Assembly (NCBI GenBank): GCA_037139975.1
Contig: JBAXFJ010000002.1
Span: forward strand, 90,099 to 154,098
Direction: 5' to 3'
Source of the DNA: a bacterium
Lineage (GTDB): Bacteria; Patescibacteriota; Minisyncoccia; Phycocordibacterales; SBAW01
DNA length: 64,000 bases
In this document: one piece after another, positions 58,651 to 64,000 of the stretch
Layout of the letters: every line of letters starts with the position of its first letter
Position numbering within the stretch: the first letter of the stretch is position 1
Notes under the pieces: generated by a model
What the model was told of the DNA's origin: nothing
The model's input: only the letters and a program-made list of their open reading frames with translations
Databases searched by the model: none
Made by a program: the position numbers and the translations under genes

Positions 58651-59175
58651 TCACCACAACGAGGCAGCCGCGCTGGCCATTTGCGCATGCTGAGCAACAG
58701 TACCAGCAAGCAGGCCGTGCGTGTTGCTATACACAAACAAAAGTGCAAGCACCGCAACCAACACTCCACCCAGCAGCATATTTTTGGATTGTATCTGGAT
58801 GTGGACAAAAAACGTGATCAATACCGCCAAGAAAAGCATACCCGCAATGGCCTCAAGCAGAGCGTTTACAACCCGCGAGTCGCCCAAAAAACGAGCAATC
58901 TGCCGCACAGTTGTTTGCACAAGCCCTGCAGGGTTTGAGGCATTACTTGCGCCCGCAGTCATGGGGGTAGTGCCCGCAACAACAGCCCCTGCAAAAAATG
59001 CTTGATTTGATTGCTGACTGATCAGGCTGGTCATCAAAAAACCCTCAACACCAAGCATTAGCGCGAGAAAAAACATGAGCCACGAACGATGCAGCACGCG
59101 TGGTCGATAGGCATTTCTGTATGACGGAATAAATAAATGACGAAATGCATACCACAAATCAAAAAAACTATGCAT
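58651..59175 (-). CDS. membrane protein (hypothetical)
   Basis: Multiple hydrophobic helices, Ala-rich loop. Confidence 0.35.
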   Translation of the reverse strand: MHSFFDLWYAFRHLFIPSYRNAYRPRVLHRSWLMFFLALMLGVEGFLMTSLISQQSNQAFFAGAVVAGTTPMTAGASNASNPAGLVQTTVRQIARFLGDSRVVNALLEAIAGMLFLAVLITFFVHIQIQSKNMLLGGVLVAVLALLFVYSNTHGLLAGTVAQHAQMASAAASLW

Positions 59176-59242
59176 GACTGTTATAGTAGCATGAAAAAAA
59201 TGTTATATACTCAGAAACAGGTATACTTGATTAGAAAGTAAC

Positions 59243-60100
59243 GTGATGAGATACATGCAAAAAAGTATTTTTGGTTTACTTGTTGGCGCAGCCGCTGCGC
59301 TTGCCCCTCTTTCTGTATATGCTATTGGCTTTGCGCCGCAGCAATCGCTATTTTTATCAAAAAACTCAGTGACTGAAGGCGATACCGTCATAATCCACAC
59401 CACAGTCAACAATGACGGTTCAAATGCGTTTGTGGGCAGCATGAAGTTTACCGATGGTACAAACAGCATCGGCAGCACCGCGGTGTCGCTCAAGGCAGGC
59501 GAAGCAGGAACCATTTCCATATCATGGGAACCGCTCGCGGGAACACATCAAGTCACCGCCGAGCTCGTTTCGGGTACTGGGACACTTGTCGGCACCGAGA
59601 CTGAGTCGTTTATCATCAATCAAAAACCTCAACCAGCGACACCCCCCATACCAGACACTCCAAGCAACACACCCATCCCCCTCACCCCTGTTACCTCGTC
59701 GGCAGGAATTCAAAATAGCATTGCAAACATCTCACCCGCTGCAGCACACCTCTCGGCACCCGTGTTTGGCACAATAGACTCGGGCCGCAAGGCAGCAGCA
59801 GGAGCGCTTGACGGCGGCATTAATTGGTCAAAAAACCAACTCGTGCAGACCAAAACAACAACCAAGAAGCCAAATACATCTGCATTCAAAACCACCGCAG
59901 ACACCAACACAACCTCAAACACCAACCAACCGAGCATCCTTACGACACTTTGGACCATTTGCGCAACGGTAATACTTTTTGTCCTCTCAGCATTACGCTA
60001 CCTTGTGGGCAATGCAGGAATATTTTATCCTTTTTTACTTATTATATTTTTCTTCTTCCTCTGGCGACTTTTCCGCGGCATGCGCCGCTCGAGGTATTAA
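59243..60100 (+). CDS. secreted/surface protein with CARDB-like beta-sandwich domain and C-terminal TM anchor
   Basis: Signal peptide 'SIFGLLVGAAAALAPLSVYA'. 'VTEGDTVIIHTTVNNDGSNAFVGSMKF...VSLKAGEAGTISISW' resembles CARDB. T/P-rich linker and C-terminal TM. Confidence 0.5.
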   Translation: MMRYMQKSIFGLLVGAAAALAPLSVYAIGFAPQQSLFLSKNSVTEGDTVIIHTTVNNDGSNAFVGSMKFTDGTNSIGSTAVSLKAGEAGTISISWEPLAGTHQVTAELVSGTGTLVGTETESFIINQKPQPATPPIPDTPSNTPIPLTPVTSSAGIQNSIANISPAAAHLSAPVFGTIDSGRKAAAGALDGGINWSKNQLVQTKTTTKKPNTSAFKTTADTNTTSNTNQPSILTTLWTICATVILFVLSALRYLVGNAGIFYPFLLIIFFFFLWRLFRGMRRSRY

Positions 60101-60136
60101 ACCATCTGCGTGAAGTTTAACTTCACGCACCAGGTA

Positions 60137-60568
60137 TTAGACTTTTGCGGTGCGGAAATGCCAGACCGTGAGACCAAATAACACCAGTGTAGTGAGCGCC
60201 GAGATAGCGCAATACATACACAAAGCACCAATGACAAAAAATTGGAAGAGCTCAAAACCAATTGAACAGAGCAAGCCAATGGTGGTGTAGACAAGCGCCC
60301 CCAACTGCAGACCCTTTGACGTGGGATCATAGGCGAGCAGGGTGGCGAGCCCAAGCAGGTATACATAGAAGGCAAGGCCGATGTAGGCAAGCGGTACACC
60401 GAACGCGCTTGCATAGGGGCTGGTGAGGACCTTCTCGCATCCGTCGAGGATGGCGCACCCCGGAACGATGCCGAGCAGGTGGTAGTACGAAAGGTAGAGT
60501 GTGTCGCCGAGGCCCACAAAGCTCGCGGCGATGATATAAAAGGGTGCGAGATAGACTTTTGGTTGCAT
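60137..60568 (-). CDS. vitamin K epoxide reductase (VKOR) family protein (DsbB-like thiol oxidoreductase)
   Basis: Loop Cys pair 'PGCAILDGC' and TM CXXC 'LCMYC', about 4-5 TM helices. Confidence 0.7.
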   Translation of the reverse strand: MQPKVYLAPFYIIAASFVGLGDTLYLSYYHLLGIVPGCAILDGCEKVLTSPYASAFGVPLAYIGLAFYVYLLGLATLLAYDPTSKGLQLGALVYTTIGLLCSIGFELFQFFVIGALCMYCAISALTTLVLFGLTVWHFRTAKV

Positions 60569-60585
60569 GGTTTTATCTTACTACG

Positions 60586-61146
60586 CTATTTGAGCAAACG
60601 TTTAAACTTCTCCCCCGTCTTTTCAACCTTGGGTGCGATGACCAGCTGACAGTAGCCAGCAGACTTATTCTTTTCAAAATAATTTTTATGATAGTCCTCG
60701 GCTTGATAAAAAGCTGCAAGCGGCTCGACCCGAGTCACAATCGGCGCCATCCCCGTATTAGTCGAGCTTTTATTCAACACGTCAATGTAGTGCTGGGCTT
60801 TTTCTTGTTGGCGCGGCGTTGTATAAAAAATCACTGACGCGTATTGTGGCCCCACATCGGCACCCTGCCTGTTGAGTGTTGTGGCATCATGGCTGGCAAA
60901 AAAAACTTGCAGAATTTCTTCAAACGCGAGCTGGTTAGGATCATAGACCACCTCTATGGTCTCGACATAAGGACTCGTACCCGTGCTCACCTCTTCATAA
61001 GTCGGCGCGTCTGAGGAATAGGGCCCCGCGTAGCCTGGAGCCACCGACGCAACCCCTCGCAACATCAAAAAGACCGCCTCGGTGCACCAAAAGCACCCAC
61101 TACCCAATACTATTGTTTCAGTATCTCTCCCCACATCATCCTGCAT
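60586..61146 (-). CDS. msrA: peptide methionine sulfoxide reductase A
   Basis: 'VLGSGCFWCTEAVF' MsrA active-site motif. Confidence 0.9.
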   Translation of the reverse strand: MQDDVGRDTETIVLGSGCFWCTEAVFLMLRGVASVAPGYAGPYSSDAPTYEEVSTGTSPYVETIEVVYDPNQLAFEEILQVFFASHDATTLNRQGADVGPQYASVIFYTTPRQQEKAQHYIDVLNKSSTNTGMAPIVTRVEPLAAFYQAEDYHKNYFEKNKSAGYCQLVIAPKVEKTGEKFKRLLK

Positions 61147-61197
61147 GCCTCAACTATAACACTTTTGGCTATCCCCAACGCTTCGCGACCATAAACC

Positions 61198-61225
61198 TTG
61201 ACAGGTGTGTCAAATCTGTTATGAT
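61198..61225 (+). promoter_or_regulatory. strong sigma70-like promoter (TTGACA-N16-TATGAT) for the small protein gene at 61292
   Basis: Read directly, in the divergent msrA/small-ORF spacer. Confidence 0.45.
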
Positions 61226-61291
61226 GTGCTTGGATGCCGCAGATCCTGGGCATTTGTTCACCCTTGTTGGGTGCGAAAACAGGAGCAAACC

Positions 61292-61522
61292 ATGCCAGTT
61301 GCGCTTGCAATGAAAGACCCTAGCGACACTGTCGTCGCTGAAAAATTTAGACTACAAACCGTCTACACTATCACGCGGTATGAACAAGACCGCGTCATCT
61401 GCGGTGGGCCGAACGGGGAACAAATCTCCAGTCCACTCGCGTGCCTCGTCAAGCTAACAGTCGGAACCCAGTTCCGCCTCGTCGAGGCAGCTAGTCTCGA
61501 GGGAGGTCTTCGAATCCTCTGA
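61292..61522 (+). CDS. small hypothetical protein (76 aa)
   Basis: 'AGGAG' SD 7 nt before the ATG, promoter upstream, intrinsic terminator downstream. No known motif. Confidence 0.55.
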   Translation: MPVALAMKDPSDTVVAEKFRLQTVYTITRYEQDRVICGGPNGEQISSPLACLVKLTVGTQFRLVEAASLEGGLRIL

Positions 61523-61528
61523 CCACCA

Positions 61529-61575
61529 CCGCCCTTCTTTTGCGCATCAGCGCGAGAGAAGGGCGGTTTTTATTT
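61529..61575 (+). terminator. intrinsic terminator (CCGCCCTTCT..GCGC-atca-GCGC..AGAAGGGCGG + TTTTTATTT)
   Basis: Long GC stem followed by a T-tract immediately after the small ORF. Overlaps the rarA stop region. Confidence 0.6.
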
Positions 61576-62754
61576 CAAATATTTTTTATTTTTCAACTTT
61601 TCGGGCAAATAACTTTCTGTATCATATTTTTCATACCCCTTGCCGTAGCCCACATTTCTCATCAACTTGGTTGGCGCATTACGGACTTTCATCGGGATGG
61701 GTAGGTTGCCCAGTTTTTTGACATCTTCGAGCGCTTCAAAATAGGCGTCATGTGAGTTCCGACTCTTTTTACATTCAGCCAAATACGCGACCCCGTGCGC
61801 GAGGTTGATCTGCGCTTCGGGATAGCCTATTGTTTGGCACGCGCGAAAAACCGCGTTGGCGACCACCAGCGCAGTCGGCACCGCGAGGCCAATGTCTTCG
61901 CTGGCAAAAATCACCATTCGCCGCGCAATGAAGAGCGGGTCTTCGCCCGCAGCGACCATACGCGCTAAATAATACAAAGCGGCATCAGGCTGCGAGGCGC
62001 GCATGCTTTTGATGAACGCCGAAATGGTGTTGTAGTGCTCCTCGCCTTTTTTGTCATAGCGCAGATGTTGGGACTGGACCGTTTCTTTGAGCGCTTCAAG
62101 TGTGACCACACCATAGAGCTTGTGCGTATTTTCAAGCACAGTGATGGCTTGTCGCGCGTCGCCCGCAGCCACACGAACGAGCCACTCTTTTGCGTCTTTT
62201 TTAATTTTTGCACCAAGCGCTTTAGCCGCTTGCACAACAATCTGCCCCATCTCATCTTCGCTCAATTCATTCAAGACAAACACCCGCGCACGCGAAAGAA
62301 GCGCGGGGATGACCTCAAAGCTTGGGTTCTCGGTCGTAGCGCCAACCAAAGTGAGTGCTCCGCGTTCAACAAACGGCAATAAAAAATCTTGCTGGGCTTT
62401 GTTAAATCGGTGAATTTCATCGATAAATAACACCTTTGGCTTGTTTGAAAAATCGAGTTTACCTTTTTGAATAACATTTTTAATATCCTCTTTGCCCGAA
62501 TCAACCGCCGAGAGTTCAAAAAATTCTGCTTCAAGCGCGTTCGCATATATCCGCGCGAGCGTTGTCTTGCCGCTCCCCGGCGGACCCCATAACAAAAAAG
62601 AGAAGAGGTGTTTACCCACAATGGCTTCATACAGCGGCCCGCCCGAACGAGCAGGCTCGCCTGGTCGGGCAGGCGCACCCTTTGCAACCAAGTGCGCTTG
62701 ACCAACAAACTCACCTAAACTCTTGGGCCGTATTTTTGATGCGAGGGGTTCCAT
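61570..62754 (-). CDS. rarA: replication-associated recombination protein A (AAA+ ATPase)
   Basis: 'WGPPGSGKTTLARI' Walker A, 'LFIDEIHRFNKAQQD' Walker B/sensor, C-terminal MgsA domain. Extra Pro/Gly-rich segment 'GAPARPGEPARSGGPL' near the N-terminus. Confidence 0.9.
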   Translation of the reverse strand: MEPLASKIRPKSLGEFVGQAHLVAKGAPARPGEPARSGGPLYEAIVGKHLFSFLLWGPPGSGKTTLARIYANALEAEFFELSAVDSGKEDIKNVIQKGKLDFSNKPKVLFIDEIHRFNKAQQDFLLPFVERGALTLVGATTENPSFEVIPALLSRARVFVLNELSEDEMGQIVVQAAKALGAKIKKDAKEWLVRVAAGDARQAITVLENTHKLYGVVTLEALKETVQSQHLRYDKKGEEHYNTISAFIKSMRASQPDAALYYLARMVAAGEDPLFIARRMVIFASEDIGLAVPTALVVANAVFRACQTIGYPEAQINLAHGVAYLAECKKSRNSHDAYFEALEDVKKLGNLPIPMKVRNAPTKLMRNVGYGKGYEKYDTESYLPEKLKNKKYLK

Positions 62755-62796
62755 ACGGCAAGTATACCCTTTGCACCCACAGAAAAAAATTTACTT

Positions 62797-64000
62797 TTAC
62801 TGCACCACTACATTGCGTGTTGCATACCCAATGTTGCCTGCCTGGTCCATGGCGCTATAGAGGATGGTGTGTGAGCCAGGAGCGCTGGTGTCGATGTGGA
62901 CCTGATCGGGCGAGGTGGTTGCCGCGCTGTCCACCGAGACCGAGTAACCCAGGTTTTGGGTGACGTTGTCGGTAACGGAGACACCCAGGTCGACATAGGA
63001 GTCACCCACGGTAAGGTTTGCAGGGTTTGCTCCATTGGGGGTCAAGACGGGAGCCTCGGTGTCGGGGGTGGTGGTGGCAGAAGAACCACCGCTGGAGCCG
63101 CCCGACATGCTTTGACCAACACTCGCCAAGATTGACGCAAGTTGGTCACCGGTGATGCACACAGGTGTGCCATCCATCTTTGCAACACACACCTGCTTGG
63201 TCGTGATCGACTGCGCAAACCCGGCCACCGCAGCAGCCAGCGCGTCCACCTTGTGCGACAGCGTTTGCAACGCAGCAATAATTGGTGAGATCAGCTCCAT
63301 GTAGTTGACCTGGAACGTGCCACCCGGCGTAAGAGTGGTTGCGCTTGTTTTGGTCACCACTGTTGGGAAGACAGTTTGCACTTCTTGGGCAACAAGGCCA
63401 AGTTGTTGATCGGTCGAGCCGATGCCCGAAGTTGGGAGCGTTGGGTCCTTCCAATAGAAAGAAACAGGGTTGAGTTGGTTAATCGCATCAAGCGCGGTTT
63501 GCCCATTGATCGGGGTGATATTTTGTTTAAGCCTCTGATCAGACGCCGTACAACCCACAACACCACTCGCGTTGGTGGTCAGGCCCGTACAACCGTTGTA
63601 GGTGACGGTGTTGAAGGTGATAGGACCCGAATTAGAGACAGAGAAGAGTGTGGTGGTTGCGCTTGCAGTCGAACTTGCGATTGCAAAAAGCGTGGTGTTG
63701 GTGTCGCCGTTATCGGCATGTATCGCAAATTGTGCGAACGGAGTGGTGGTTCCAATACCAAGGTTACCTTGAGGAGAATTGATACCGCGTGCATTGTTTG
63801 CTCCCGTATTGAGATTAGTGCCAAAAATAATGTTTCCGATATTGAGCAGATTGCTGCTTCCGGCTGCGGGAACATCTACATTACCAACTTGATTGTTTCC
63901 GCCTGCACCTATGAGAATATTGCCACTACCCGTAGTAAGCGTCGGACCCGTTCGATATCCCAAAAGCGTGTTGTAGCTGCCGCTCGTCATATTAAGACCG
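62797..64000 (-). CDS. tail-fiber-like surface protein with peptidase S74 (intramolecular chaperone) domain and C-terminal Ig-like domain; N-terminus beyond window end
   Basis: 'DQRLKQNITPI...LNPVSFYWKD...GLVAQEVQTVFP' matches the S74/endosialidase-chaperone auto-processing domain. Repetitive Gly/Asn/Thr-rich N-terminal region. ORF is open to the window edge. Confidence 0.6.
   Translation of the reverse strand, partial: GLNMTSGSYNTLLGYRTGPTLTTGSGNILIGAGGNNQVGNVDVPAAGSSNLLNIGNIIFGTNLNTGANNARGINSPQGNLGIGTTTPFAQFAIHADNGDTNTTLFAIASSTASATTTLFSVSNSGPITFNTVTYNGCTGLTTNASGVVGCTASDQRLKQNITPINGQTALDAINQLNPVSFYWKDPTLPTSGIGSTDQQLGLVAQEVQTVFPTVVTKTSATTLTPGGTFQVNYMELISPIIAALQTLSHKVDALAAAVAGFAQSITTKQVCVAKMDGTPVCITGDQLASILASVGQSMSGGSSGGSSATTTPDTEAPVLTPNGANPANLTVGDSYVDLGVSVTDNVTQNLGYSVSVDSAATTSPDQVHIDTSAPGSHTILYSAMDQAGNIGYATRNVVVQ

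Noticed and set aside
61505-61532. tRNA-like 3' fragment (GGTCTTCGAATCCTCTGACCACCA) at the end of the small ORF, possible integrase attachment-site remnant
   Set aside because: Only the 9-mer TTCGAATCC resembles a T-loop, and a 9-mer is expected by chance about 0.5 times in 2 x 64 kb. The flanking stems do not pair properly and the sequence ends CCG rather than CCA.

Overview
This 64-kb window is a gene-dense chromosomal segment from a small-genome bacterium with about 50% GC. Several genes are shortened relative to their usual bacterial forms: AlaRS lacking the C-Ala domain, an 86-aa ATP synthase delta-like protein, a 113-aa L13, a 434-aa UvrC and a 267-aa UGDH-like protein. A tail-fiber/S74-domain surface protein and a CARDB-like surface protein are also present. 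These features are compatible with a Patescibacteria/CPR-like lineage, but that is an inference. Almost all genes lie on the minus strand in long co-directional arrays. The first array (4.2-21.3 kb) holds an M23 peptidase, gltX, murG, ftsW, mraY, scpB, scpA, pepA, aspS, trpS, dnaJ, an ABC exporter, dnaK and grpE. The second (21.4-25.4 kb) holds rpsI, rplM, rplQ, rpoA, rpsD, rpsK, rpsM, rpmJ and infA. A pilM/pilN-like pair and alaS follow. The third (40.4-47.9 kb) holds a sugar nucleotidyltransferase, the complete F1Fo ATP synthase operon atpBEF(H)AGDC, speH and tRNA-Ala(UGC). Then come a pterin dehydratase gene, ddl, a UGDH-like gene, uvrC, uvrA, uvrB, tgt, an FKBP gene, a VKOR-family gene, msrA and rarA. 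No rRNA, CRISPR array or transposase was found. Four things deserve a second look. (1) A self-contained three-gene cassette of unknown function (29.3-31.0 kb), each gene with a canonical SD, sits between alaS and a divergent M13 peptidase gene. (2) A cluster beside ung and ogt contains a Cas4-like Fe-S PD-(D/E)XK nuclease, an ATP-cone/Mrr-type restriction endonuclease fusion and two membrane proteins. (3) A consensus sigma70 promoter and an intrinsic terminator bracket a roughly 265-nt structured transcript antisense to the ogt 3' end. (4) A family of short palindromic elements built around an AAGGT(G)...(C)ACCTT core is inserted in frame into uvrA, uvrB, uvrC, tgt and the atpA 3' end, and also occupies the atpD-atpC intergenic region; this is reminiscent of Rickettsia palindromic elements.
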